A DNA stretch of 64,000 bases from Acutalibacteraceae bacterium (lineage in GTDB: Bacteria > Bacillota > Clostridia > Oscillospirales > CAG-272): positions 40,998 to 104,997 of the forward strand of contig CAVESF010000001.1 in NCBI GenBank assembly GCA_963618495.1, in the 5' to 3' direction. The notes below the pieces were generated by a model. That model was not told the origin of the DNA and made no database searches. It saw nothing but the letters and a program-made list of their open reading frames with translations. Position 1 is the first letter of the stretch. The number at the start of each line of letters is the position of its first letter. Made by a program: the position numbers and the translations under genes. Positions 1-8,365 of this stretch are shown here, in pieces.

Positions 1-324
1 AGGGTTTATTCTTATTTTGTCCGCGCCCGCGTCAGCCGCCGCTATGGCAAGTCGGTAGTCGAAATGAATATCCGCCACTATCGGCATCGCTATATCAGAT
101 TCTCTCAGTCTGCCGAGCACCCGCGCCGCCTCCATGGTCGGCACTGTCATGCGAACTATATCGCATCCCGCCGCTTCAAGTGCTTTCATCTGCGCATATG
201 TGGCGGCGTAATCCTCGCTCGGCGTGTTTGTCATCGATTGAATCGATATCGGCGCATCTCCGCCTATTTTTATATTGCCAACGCTTATCGCGCGGGTTTT
301 TCTTCTGATTTCGTTATAATTCAT
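1..324 (-). CDS. ispG: HMBPP synthase IspG/GcpE, 5' part only (gene continues past the left edge)
   Basis: Own translation of the minus strand from ATG 324-322 gives MNYNEIRRKTRAISVGNIKIGGDAPISIQSMTNT...DIVRMTVP...VADIHFDYRLA, the conserved IspG N-terminus. Not in the ORF track because it is truncated by the window edge. Confidence 0.85.
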   Translation of the reverse strand, partial: MNYNEIRRKTRAISVGNIKIGGDAPISIQSMTNTPSEDYAATYAQMKALEAAGCDIVRMTVPTMEAARVLGRLRESDIAMPIVADIHFDYRLAIAAADAGADKIRINP

Positions 325-337
325 ATTTCAATCCTGT

Positions 338-1369
338 TTACTTGAATAGGTATACTATATCCTTTAATGCCACGAGCACCATCAGTCCGAGCAGGATGAT
401 GATACCGACAAAATGGATATATCCCTCCACCTCGGGCTTTATCGGCTTGCGGAATATCAGCTCGATAAACATAAAGAGAAGTCTGCCGCCGTCGAGCGCG
501 GGAAAAGGCAGGAGATTCATCACTCCGAGATTTACCGCGAGCATGGCGAAAATGCTGAGCAGATTTGTCTTGTCTCCGCTCTGGGCAACAGAAGCTATCT
601 CCTTTGTTATGCCGACGGGACCGGAAAGCTGCTTCAGCCCGAACTTGCCTGTCATGAGGTCAAAGAGCGAATCCCATATCACGCGCACAACCATCACCGA
701 CTGATGCCATGTATAGCGCATAAGCGAGAAGAAATTGCGGTTTTCCTCTTCAAAATTGAAGTCGCGACTGCCGAATTTTATTCCCTGATTTTCATATGTC
801 GGGAATGTTACGGTCAGCACCTTTTTTTCGCCGTCGCGGATGACGGTCACTTCGGTTGTCTCGTCGCCGTATCTGCCTATGGCATAAACGACATCACTTG
901 CCGTATGCACTCTTCTCGGACCGACCCTGATTATCTTATCGCCTACCTCAAGTCCGCCCTCCGTGCAGGTTACCGCATCCTCGGTAAACCCGCTTATCAC
1001 GGGCGCATATATGTTCTTCATGGAGAAAACGATGACGCCGACCACGATAAAACCGAGCAGAAGATTAGAGAGCGAGCCTGCCGCGGTGATTATCATTCTC
1101 TGCCAGAGCGGCTTTGCCGAAACAGCGTTCTCATCGTCGCTCTTTTCGTCCTCGCCCGCCATGGAAACAAAACCGCCTATCGGGAAAAGGCGGAGCGCAT
1201 AGACGGTTCCGCTCTTTTTGGAAGTGAACCAAAGCAGGCGCGGTCCCATGCCTATGGAAAATTCATACACGGTCACATGGAAAAGTCTTGCCGTGAGGAA
1301 ATGCCCGAGCTCATGAATGAATATCAGAGCTCCGAAAAGCAAAATTGCGAGTAATACATATAAAACCAT
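338..1369 (-). CDS. rseP: RIP zinc metalloprotease (site-2 protease) RseP/RasP
   Basis: HELGH zinc motif in the first TM segment (FIHELGHFLTA). C-terminal NLLPFPALDGG motif. Sits in the canonical dxr-rseP-ispG context. GGAG lies 8 nt upstream of the ATG. Confidence 0.9.
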   Translation of the reverse strand: MVLYVLLAILLFGALIFIHELGHFLTARLFHVTVYEFSIGMGPRLLWFTSKKSGTVYALRLFPIGGFVSMAGEDEKSDDENAVSAKPLWQRMIITAAGSLSNLLLGFIVVGVIVFSMKNIYAPVISGFTEDAVTCTEGGLEVGDKIIRVGPRRVHTASDVVYAIGRYGDETTEVTVIRDGEKKVLTVTFPTYENQGIKFGSRDFNFEEENRNFFSLMRYTWHQSVMVVRVIWDSLFDLMTGKFGLKQLSGPVGITKEIASVAQSGDKTNLLSIFAMLAVNLGVMNLLPFPALDGGRLLFMFIELIFRKPIKPEVEGYIHFVGIIILLGLMVLVALKDIVYLFK

Positions 1370-1396
1370 AAATAAACTCCGTTTCGGCGGTAAAAA

Positions 1397-2551
1397 TCAG
1401 CGCGATTCCGCGTACTCTGCGGTGAGAGCGCGTGCGCACATGTTTTCTTCTATGATATCGGAAAGCGAAGGCTTTTCGATGCGCGCGGTTTCTCCACATA
1501 CGCGCATCACAAGCTCCGGTATCTCGGAAAAGCGTATCCTCCCCGAGAGGAAAAGCCCGACAGCCTCCTCGTTTGCGGCATTCATGACGCACGGCATATT
1601 GCCGCCTGCCTCTGCCATACGCCGTGCAAGCCCGAGAAGAGGAAAAGTCTCATAGTCGGGGGAGAAGAATGAGAGCCTGCCGAGCCCGACAATGTCGAGC
1701 CGCTCTCCCGTCGCCTCCGCCCTCTCGGGATAAGTCAGCGCATACTGTATAGGCAGGCGCATATCATGCGAACCGAGCTGCGCCATAACCGTATTATCAA
1801 TGTATTCCACCATCGAATGTATTATGCTTTCGCGGTGAATAACAATGTCTGTTTTCGAGGCGGGAACGGAAAAGAGATGCATTGCCTCTATCAGTTCCAA
1901 TCCCTTGTTCATGAGAGTGGCGCAGTCTATGGTTATCTTCGCGCCCATGTTCCATGTCGGATGACCGAGTGCCTGATTCTTTGTAACTGTGGCAAGCTTT
2001 TCTTTCGTATAGCCGAAAAATGCCCCGCCCGAGCAGGTGAGAATCAGCCTTTTCACCTCGTCCTTTTTTCCTGACTGAAGGCACTGAAAAATGGCGCTGT
2101 GTTCGCTGTCCACAGGGACTATCTCGCATCCGTTTTCCTTTGCCGCGTTCATGACGATATCTCCCGCGGCGACGAGGGTTTCCTTATTTGCCAGCGCTAT
2201 GCGGCGGCAACTTTTCACCGCGCTCATCGTCGGCAAAAGCCCCGCAAAGCCGCTTATCGCATTGAGGCAGATGTCGCTTGATGCCGCCTCCGTCATCTCG
2301 CATATGCCGTCCGTTCCGCAGAAAATCTCCGTTTCCGTGTCGGCAATGCGCGTTTTCAGGTCAAGTGCCGCCTTTTCGTCAAAAACGGCGCAAAAGCGCG
2401 GTGAAAATTTTCTCACCTGCGCTTCTCCGAGTTTAATATTTGAGCCGAAGCAGAGCGCCTCGATATTCATGCTGTGAAAAGCCGCCACATCGAGCGCCTG
2501 CACGCCTATCGAGCCTGTCGACCCCAGCAGTGTAATGCTTTTTTTATCCAT
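1397..2551 (-). CDS. dxr: 1-deoxy-D-xylulose 5-phosphate reductoisomerase
   Basis: N-terminal NADPH fold ITLLGSTGSIGVQALDV. Length 384 aa. Sits in the cdsA-dxr-rseP context. Confidence 0.92.
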   Translation of the reverse strand: MDKKSITLLGSTGSIGVQALDVAAFHSMNIEALCFGSNIKLGEAQVRKFSPRFCAVFDEKAALDLKTRIADTETEIFCGTDGICEMTEAASSDICLNAISGFAGLLPTMSAVKSCRRIALANKETLVAAGDIVMNAAKENGCEIVPVDSEHSAIFQCLQSGKKDEVKRLILTCSGGAFFGYTKEKLATVTKNQALGHPTWNMGAKITIDCATLMNKGLELIEAMHLFSVPASKTDIVIHRESIIHSMVEYIDNTVMAQLGSHDMRLPIQYALTYPERAEATGERLDIVGLGRLSFFSPDYETFPLLGLARRMAEAGGNMPCVMNAANEEAVGLFLSGRIRFSEIPELVMRVCGETARIEKPSLSDIIEENMCARALTAEYAESR

Positions 2552-2563
2552 TGGAAAAGCCCT

Positions 2564-3403
2564 TTAAATAACAGTAAATATATCCTTCGTCACAAAGAGC
2601 GAAGCTATGTATATCAGCGGCGCCACGGCGATTATGGAGTCAAATCTGTCCAGCACGCCGCCGTGCCCAGGGAAGATGAAGCCGAAATCCTTGATTCCCT
2701 GCTCGCGCTTGACAAACGATGCGATAAGGTCGCCGAGCTGAGAAATCACAGCCACGACAAGCGCCAGAAGCACCAGCAGGAGATAATTCACGGAGATTTC
2801 CGGATGTATCTTCGATATGATGAAGCCGTATATCACGAAGCCGAACACACATCCGAGCACGCCGCCGAAAGCACCCTCGACAGTCTTTTTCGGGCTGACC
2901 TCGGGGATGAGCTTATGCTTGCCGCAAAGCATGCCGACAAAGTAAGCTCCCGTATCCGTTGACCATGCGCCGATGAAAACGAGAAGATAGAGATATTTTC
3001 CCATATCGGCTTCACGCAGGAGCAGGATTGAGAGAAATCCCGTTATTATATACGCCGTAAACGAAACAAGCTCCGCCGACTGCGAAAAGCGGATATTCCC
3101 GCTCGACAGCATGGATACGACGAAAACTATAAACATGAAAGCGAGTGCAGAAGCACAAACTATCGGCAGGAAAAGCTTCTTGTCGCGGCAGTAAATTATC
3201 AGCAACATGACAGCCGCCGTCACGATATAAGCCGGTATCGAAACGAAGAAAGCCTTTCGCACGCCGATACAGCCGCAAAGCTCATATACCGCAATCAGCG
3301 CAAGCAACGTCATGACCGCGGGAAAAACCCATGTATCGGAAAAAATCAGTGTCGGTACAAATAGTGCGAGACAAACTATCGCCGTGATAATGCGCTTTTT
3401 CAT
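2564..3403 (-). CDS. cdsA: phosphatidate cytidylyltransferase
   Basis: Multi-TM protein with the CTP-transferase signature near the C-terminus (SFVKREQGIKDFGFIFPGHGGVLDRFDS). Confidence 0.88.
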   Translation of the reverse strand: MKKRIITAIVCLALFVPTLIFSDTWVFPAVMTLLALIAVYELCGCIGVRKAFFVSIPAYIVTAAVMLLIIYCRDKKLFLPIVCASALAFMFIVFVVSMLSSGNIRFSQSAELVSFTAYIITGFLSILLLREADMGKYLYLLVFIGAWSTDTGAYFVGMLCGKHKLIPEVSPKKTVEGAFGGVLGCVFGFVIYGFIISKIHPEISVNYLLLVLLALVVAVISQLGDLIASFVKREQGIKDFGFIFPGHGGVLDRFDSIIAVAPLIYIASLFVTKDIFTVI

Positions 3404-3404
3404 A

Positions 3405-4112
3405 TCAAACGCCTCCGAATCTTCTTTTTCTTTTATGAAATTCTTCTATTACGGAATCGATTTCCTCCTCGGTGAAATCGGGCCAGAGCGTAGGTGAAAA
3501 GAAAAGCTCCGCATAGGACGACTGCCAAAGAAGGAAATTCGAGAGTCTGTATTCCCCTCCCGTGCGGATGATGATATCCGGCGGCGGACAAATGCCGGAG
3601 TAGATATTCTCTGTGATATCCTCTTCCGTTATTTCCGTCTTCCCCTGCGCTGTCAGCTTGTTTACGGCGTCGACTATCTCCGCCCTGCCGCCGTAATTTA
3701 CGGCTATGCAGAGCCTGCATTTTCTCTCTGCCGTGACGCGCTCGAGATATTCCATATCGGCTCGAAGTTCCGGCGAAAAAGGCTCTCTGCTCCCGATGAA
3801 GTTCAGCCTGATATTCTCATGCTCGAAATCTTTCTTCATCTGGTCGACATATTCGCGCATGAGGCGCATTATCTCGTCGACTTCCTTTTTCGGGCGCTTC
3901 CAGTTTTCCGTTGAAAAGGCATAAACGGTGATGTTCTCTATGCCTATCTCGCCGCAGTAGCGGACTATCTTTCTGAAGTTTTTCGCCCCGTAGCTATGAC
4001 CGTATTCACGCGGCATCAGGCGCTTTTTCGCCCATCTGCCGTTGCCGTCCATTATTATGGCTATGTGCTTTATGCCGCTGATATCCGGCGCATTTTTAAT
4101 AGAATCGCTCAT
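3405..4112 (-). CDS. uppS: isoprenyl transferase / undecaprenyl diphosphate synthase
   Basis: HIAIIMDGNGRWAKKR and RTGGEYRLSNFLLWQSSYAE motifs typical of cis-prenyltransferases. Confidence 0.92.
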   Translation of the reverse strand: MSDSIKNAPDISGIKHIAIIMDGNGRWAKKRLMPREYGHSYGAKNFRKIVRYCGEIGIENITVYAFSTENWKRPKKEVDEIMRLMREYVDQMKKDFEHENIRLNFIGSREPFSPELRADMEYLERVTAERKCRLCIAVNYGGRAEIVDAVNKLTAQGKTEITEEDITENIYSGICPPPDIIIRTGGEYRLSNFLLWQSSYAELFFSPTLWPDFTEEEIDSVIEEFHKRKRRFGGV

Positions 4113-4125
4113 AAGTCCCTTTTAT

Positions 4126-4174
4126 CGACAGGGCTGTCGTCCCTATGACGCATAAGCATCGGGTACGACAGCCC
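4126..4174 (-). promoter_or_regulatory. Competing hairpins in the frr-uppS spacer
   Basis: GGGCTGTCGT (4131-4140) pairs with ACGACAGCCC (4165-4174), 10 bp. CGACAG (4126-4131) and CTGTCG (4134-4139) form an overlapping alternative. No U-tract follows. The element abuts the uppS RBS. Confidence 0.35.
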
Positions 4175-4188
4175 ACTGTGCCGCTTTC

Positions 4189-4743
4189 TCAGATTTCCAT
4201 AACCTCTCGGTCTTTTTTCGCAGTTACATCGTCAACAAGCCTGATATACTTGTCTGTCAGATCCTGCGTATCCTTTTCGGAAGCTTTCTGTTCGTCCTCC
4301 GTCATTTCGGAATTCTTCTTCATAGCCTTTATCTTGTCGTTTGCCTCTCTGCGCACATTGCGGATAGCAACCTTAGCTTCTTCGCCCATCTTGGCGACCT
4401 GCTTCTTGAGCTCAAGTCGTCTCTCCTCCGTGAGTGCGGGGAAAACGAGACGGATTGTCTTGCCGTCGTTCTGCGGGTTGATGCCGAGGTCACTCTCCTG
4501 AATGGCGCGCTCGATATTCTTGAGTGAGGAAGCGTCCCAAGGTGTTATCAGAAGCGTTCTTGCGTCCGTGGTCTTGACCTCTGCCATCTGCGCTATGGGT
4601 GTGGGTGTGCCCCAGTAGTCAACGCTTATCTTATTGAGAACCTGTGCGTTTGCTCTTCCCACGCGTATGGAGCTGAGCTCATATTCGTAAGAAGCAATGG
4701 ATTTCTGCATTTTTGTTTCAAATTCCTTGACATCGAGTTTCAT
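4189..4743 (-). CDS. frr: ribosome recycling factor
   Basis: [31 protein letters not shown]... is RRF-like. Start placed at the internal ATG 4743, preceded by GGAGGAAACAAATA. That ATG overlaps the pyrH stop (TAATG). The ORF-track start at 4785 would add 14 non-conserved residues. Confidence 0.9.
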   Translation of the reverse strand: MKLDVKEFETKMQKSIASYEYELSSIRVGRANAQVLNKISVDYWGTPTPIAQMAEVKTTDARTLLITPWDASSLKNIERAIQESDLGINPQNDGKTIRLVFPALTEERRLELKKQVAKMGEEAKVAIRNVRREANDKIKAMKKNSEMTEDEQKASEKDTQDLTDKYIRLVDDVTAKKDREVMEI

Positions 4744-5456
4744 TATTTGTTTCCTCCTACTATTGTTCCTATTTTTTCGCCGCAAACGGCTTTGTAGATG
4801 TTTTCCGGGTCATCGAGACCGAAAAGAAGTATCGGTATATGATTTTCCATACTGAATGATGTTGCCGTGAAGTCGAGAGCCTTGAGTCCCTCTTTGAGAA
4901 TATCGATATAGTCTATATTCGAGAGCTTCTTTGCCGTGGGATCGAGCTTCGGATCCGCCGTGTAAACGCCGTCCACATTCTTTGCGAGCAGAACGATATC
5001 GGCATTTATTTCAGCCGCGCGGAGCACAGCCGCCGTATCCGTAGAGAAAAACGGACTGCCTATTCCGCAACCGAATATGACTACTCTGCCCTTATTCAGA
5101 TGGGAAACAGCCTTGTTTCTGATGTAAGGCTCGGCAAAGCGCTTCATTTCGACAGCCGTCATCACGCGCGTATCGACGCCGAGCTTTTCAAGCGCATCCT
5201 GAAGCGCGAGGCAGTTTATAACGGTGGCAAGCATGCCCATGTGGTCGGCTCTGGTGCGATCCATATTCACGCCCTGTCTGCCTCTCCAGATATTGCCCGC
5301 GCCGACAACGATGCTGACCTGCGTACCCGCATCAACGCACTTTTTTATCACGCGGCAGACCTCGTCTATAAAATCGTAATTGAAGATGCCGTCCGAGCCT
5401 GCGGAAAGAGCCTCTCCCGAAAGCTTGACAAGCACCCTTTTGTAGCATGGTTTCAT
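4743..5456 (-). CDS. pyrH: UMP kinase
   Basis: [14 protein letters not shown]-terminus and amino-acid-kinase fold. pyrH-frr adjacency. Confidence 0.92.
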   Translation of the reverse strand: MKPCYKRVLVKLSGEALSAGSDGIFNYDFIDEVCRVIKKCVDAGTQVSIVVGAGNIWRGRQGVNMDRTRADHMGMLATVINCLALQDALEKLGVDTRVMTAVEMKRFAEPYIRNKAVSHLNKGRVVIFGCGIGSPFFSTDTAAVLRAAEINADIVLLAKNVDGVYTADPKLDPTAKKLSNIDYIDILKEGLKALDFTATSFSMENHIPILLFGLDDPENIYKAVCGEKIGTIVGGNK

Positions 5457-5499
5457 AATGTTTTTCTCCTTCGGATATAGAAATTTACTTTACTGCTTA

Positions 5500-5528
5500 A
5501 TTTTACCCTAAAAATGTGATTTTGTAAA
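5500..5528 (-). promoter_or_regulatory. sigma-A type promoter for pyrH
   Basis: On the minus strand: TTTACA (5528-5523), 17 nt spacer, TAAAAT (5505-5500). Confidence 0.45.
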
Positions 5529-5546
5529 TAGATATTTTGTAAAAAC

Positions 5547-6221
5547 TCATTCCATTGCCGAAAAAAGTTCGCTCGGTTCGTCTATCATCATGCGTGGGTC
5601 GGCATGACCGAGCACTTTTTCCCTCTCTGAGATAAGAAACTCACGAGATTTGAACCCCCATGTGCAGCTGACCGAGTCAAGACCCGCATTTTTCGCCGTC
5701 ACGATATCGACATCCGAGTCGCCGACATAGAGCGCCTCATCCGCACCGACGCCGAGAAGTGCGAGTGCCTTTTCCGCCATTTTCGGATCCGGCTTTTTCG
5801 GTGTATCCGCGCTCTCTCCTATGGCGACGGTGATGAGAGAGCCGAAATATTTGTCGCAGAGCTTCTTTACGGCAGCATCGAATTTATTCGATGTCACCGC
5901 CGTCTTTATGCCGCGGCTCCGCAATTCCGCAAGAAGTTCTTCTATGCCGTCATACGGCTTGGTATAAACCTCGCTGTGACTGAGGTAATGTTCGCGAAAT
6001 TCCGCGAGCATCGCGCTTCGCTCCGCCGCCGCAGTCCCATCGGGAACGGCAAGCGCCATCAGCCGCGCCACTCCGTTTCCGACCATGCTCTGCACCTCCG
6101 GCACGCTGTGCACGGGACAGCCGTGCGCCGCAAGCACATGGTTTACTGCCGCCGCAAGGTCATCTACGGTATTGAGCAGCGTGCCGTCAAGGTCAAAAAT
6201 CACCGCTTTGTATTTACTCAT
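5547..6221 (-). CDS. HAD-superfamily hydrolase (phosphoglycolate phosphatase/PpaX-like)
   Basis: VIFDLDGTLLNT motif I, TSNK motif and YVGDSDVD motif. Start moved to ATG 6221 (MSKYKAV...), which has AGAGGGAAAGC upstream. Confidence 0.75.
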   Translation of the reverse strand: MSKYKAVIFDLDGTLLNTVDDLAAAVNHVLAAHGCPVHSVPEVQSMVGNGVARLMALAVPDGTAAAERSAMLAEFREHYLSHSEVYTKPYDGIEELLAELRSRGIKTAVTSNKFDAAVKKLCDKYFGSLITVAIGESADTPKKPDPKMAEKALALLGVGADEALYVGDSDVDIVTAKNAGLDSVSCTWGFKSREFLISEREKVLGHADPRMMIDEPSELFSAME

Positions 6222-7116
6222 GCTTTCCCTCTTTATAAACAAGCTCGGGTGCTTTCATCGATACGCGCATGTTTTTCGGCACGGATTCCGTGATGAATAC
6301 ATTTCCGCCGATGACGCTCCCCTCTCCTATCACGGTATCGCCGCCGAGGATTGTCGCGCCCGAATAGATTGTCACATCGTTTTCTATTGTGGGATGGCGC
6401 TTTTTGCCGCCGAGCTTACGCCCGAGCCTTGTCGAAAGTGCGCCGAGCGTCACGCCCTGATATATCTTTACATTGTCACCGATAACTGTCGTTTCGCCTA
6501 TTACAACGCCTGTGCCGTGATCGATAAAAAAGCTCTTTCCTATCGTAGCGCCCGCGTTTATGTCTATACCCGTGCGGCTGTGCGCATATTCCGTCATTAT
6601 TCTCGGGATAAGCGGCACGCCCGCCTCATAGAGTATATGTGCGGCGCGGTATATGAATATCGCAAGAAACCCGGGATAGGAGCATATTATCTCGCTCTTG
6701 CTCTTTGCAGCAGGGTCGCCGACAAACGCCGCTTCGAGGTCAAGTAACATCGCCTCCTCGAGCATCGGTATGCGACAAACGAAATCCTCCGCTATCTCTG
6801 CGGCATATCTGCATCTGCAATCTCTCTGCTCCATGCGGAAGGCAAGGCAGAGCTGGGTTTTCAGCGTCTCGTAAATATGCCGTATCCCCTGCTCCGTCGC
6901 TTTTTCCGCACTTTCGCCCGCGTGCGCCGCTTCGCCGAAATAGCCGGGGAAAAGCAACCTTTTCAGGCTATGTATAAAGTCAACTATCGCATCCCTCTCT
7001 GGCAGTGACGCTTCCGAAAAATCGAAAATGCCACCGTTCTCTTTTCTTATATTTCCAAGCTTCTCCGCCACCTCGCAAAGAAAGCCGGTTTCGTTTTTCT
7101 CCATAAAATCACGCAT
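6214..7116 (-). CDS. cysE: serine O-acetyltransferase (long form)
   Basis: Hexapeptide-repeat core GATIGKSFFIDHGTGVVIGETTVIGDNVKIYQGVTLG plus a long helical SAT N-domain. Start is uncertain (7116 or 7104). Overlaps the stop of the upstream DMT gene. Confidence 0.85.
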   Translation of the reverse strand: MRDFMEKNETGFLCEVAEKLGNIRKENGGIFDFSEASLPERDAIVDFIHSLKRLLFPGYFGEAAHAGESAEKATEQGIRHIYETLKTQLCLAFRMEQRDCRCRYAAEIAEDFVCRIPMLEEAMLLDLEAAFVGDPAAKSKSEIICSYPGFLAIFIYRAAHILYEAGVPLIPRIMTEYAHSRTGIDINAGATIGKSFFIDHGTGVVIGETTVIGDNVKIYQGVTLGALSTRLGRKLGGKKRHPTIENDVTIYSGATILGGDTVIGEGSVIGGNVFITESVPKNMRVSMKAPELVYKEGKHE

Positions 7117-8026
7117 CGAAATAGCCGAGTATCAGTATGCCCGCCACGGCTATGGCAAGCACGAGATACTGCGCCTTTGTCAGCTTCTCCTTCAGTAATA
7201 TTCTTGCCCAGATAAGCGAAAATACGCAGTATGTCGATATCATGGGCGCGGCAACAACGGAATTTGCCGCTATAGCATAAGTATATGCAACCTGACCCGC
7301 TGTTTCGCAGATTGCGGCAACTATCTTCGGCTTCTCGCCCGAGAACGAAATCTTCTCGCGGCGGACAGCCACAACATAAATGAAAGCAATCACAGCCATG
7401 AGTAGGAATGTCAGCTCGTATGCGATAAGCCCCGCCGTCTCTTCTATCTTTGCGGGCATGCCGTCGTAATCGCCGAGCAGATATCCGTCCACAAATGTTC
7501 CGAGCGCGTCTATAATGCAATAGAATATCGGAAACATGACGGCGATAAAGCCTTTTGAATACTTCTTTTTCTCCTCTTCGCTGAGTCCCTCGCGAGCCTC
7601 CTTGTCCTTCTTCTGCTCAAGGAAGGCAAGCGCCACAACGCCGACGCAGACAAGCACAAGACCCACATACTGAAGCGGATTCTCGGGAAATTCCTTCAGC
7701 ACCACCATCAGAAGCACGCAGGCAAGAGCACCCGAGGAATTGCATATCGGCGAAGAAACCGAGAGCATAATATATCGAAGCCCGACATAGCCGAGTATCA
7801 TCGAAAGAATATAAAGAAATGAAGCGGGCAGATATGTTATGATATCGGCGGGCTTGAATTCCGCACCTGTTATCAGCAGGACAGCGGCATGAATGCCCAT
7901 TACAAGTCCCACAAAAAACACCATTTTCCAATGGCTGAGTTTATCGTTTTCCTTGGAACCCATCTTGGAAAAAACATCCGAGCCGCTCCAGAAAAGTATC
8001 GTTACAATTGAAAGCCAGAACCACAT
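7109..8026 (-). CDS. EamA/DMT-family membrane transporter
   Basis: About 10 hydrophobic helices arranged in two similar halves. Size and pattern fit the drug/metabolite transporter superfamily. Confidence 0.7.
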   Translation of the reverse strand: MWFWLSIVTILFWSGSDVFSKMGSKENDKLSHWKMVFFVGLVMGIHAAVLLITGAEFKPADIITYLPASFLYILSMILGYVGLRYIMLSVSSPICNSSGALACVLLMVVLKEFPENPLQYVGLVLVCVGVVALAFLEQKKDKEAREGLSEEEKKKYSKGFIAVMFPIFYCIIDALGTFVDGYLLGDYDGMPAKIEETAGLIAYELTFLLMAVIAFIYVVAVRREKISFSGEKPKIVAAICETAGQVAYTYAIAANSVVAAPMISTYCVFSLIWARILLKEKLTKAQYLVLAIAVAGILILGYFDA

Positions 8027-8100
8027 AATCTATTTAAATCTCCTTGAATTTTGCAATGTTTGCCGTAATATTTGCCGTATTGTCCGAATCATCGCAAAAA

Positions 8101-8178
8101 TTACGGAGCGCCTTCGCATTCGCAGAAAAATTCGGTCACTTCAAAGATAAATCGGATTGATTCAGAAAAAATATCCAT
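8101..8178 (-). CDS. candidate 25-aa upstream small ORF / leader peptide (MDIFSESIRFIFEVTEFFCECEGAP)
   Basis: ATG 8178-8176 is preceded by AAGGAGGGTG (8191-8182) with 3 nt (AAA) between it and the ATG. It would be the first cistron after the predicted promoter at 8202-8230. Stop TAA at 8103-8101. Too short for the ORF track. Confidence 0.3.
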   Translation of the reverse strand: MDIFSESIRFIFEVTEFFCECEGAP

Positions 8179-8201
8179 TTTCACCCTCCTTCTTTTTATA
8201 C

Positions 8202-8230
8202 AGTATATCGCAAAAGCTCCGTAAAGTCAA
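8202..8230 (-). promoter_or_regulatory. sigma-A type promoter for the sORF-DMT-cysE-HAD unit
   Basis: On the minus strand: TTGACT (8230-8225), 17 nt spacer, TATACT (8207-8202). Confidence 0.5.
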
Positions 8231-8292
8231 TATTTTTTCTCCGGGACACCGCCTCTTTTTCTCTGTTTTTCAAGAAAAGAGTCCTCGCACTA

Positions 8293-8321
8293 TTGACATG
8301 GCAGTATTTGTGTGCTAAAAT
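8293..8321 (+). promoter_or_regulatory. sigma-A type promoter for the M6-like peptidase gene
   Basis: TTGACA (8293-8298), 17 nt spacer, TAAAAT (8316-8321) with an upstream TG (extended -10). Confidence 0.55.
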
Positions 8322-8365
8322 TCAATCTGTAAAAACGGAAATCCCTTTTGGAAAGGACTATTATT

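Noticed and set aside
413-1354. 313-aa plus-strand ORF opposite rseP, and the similar 64-345 ORF opposite ispG.
   Set aside because: These are shadow ORFs. The opposite frames carry clear RseP and IspG motifs, and these translations have none.
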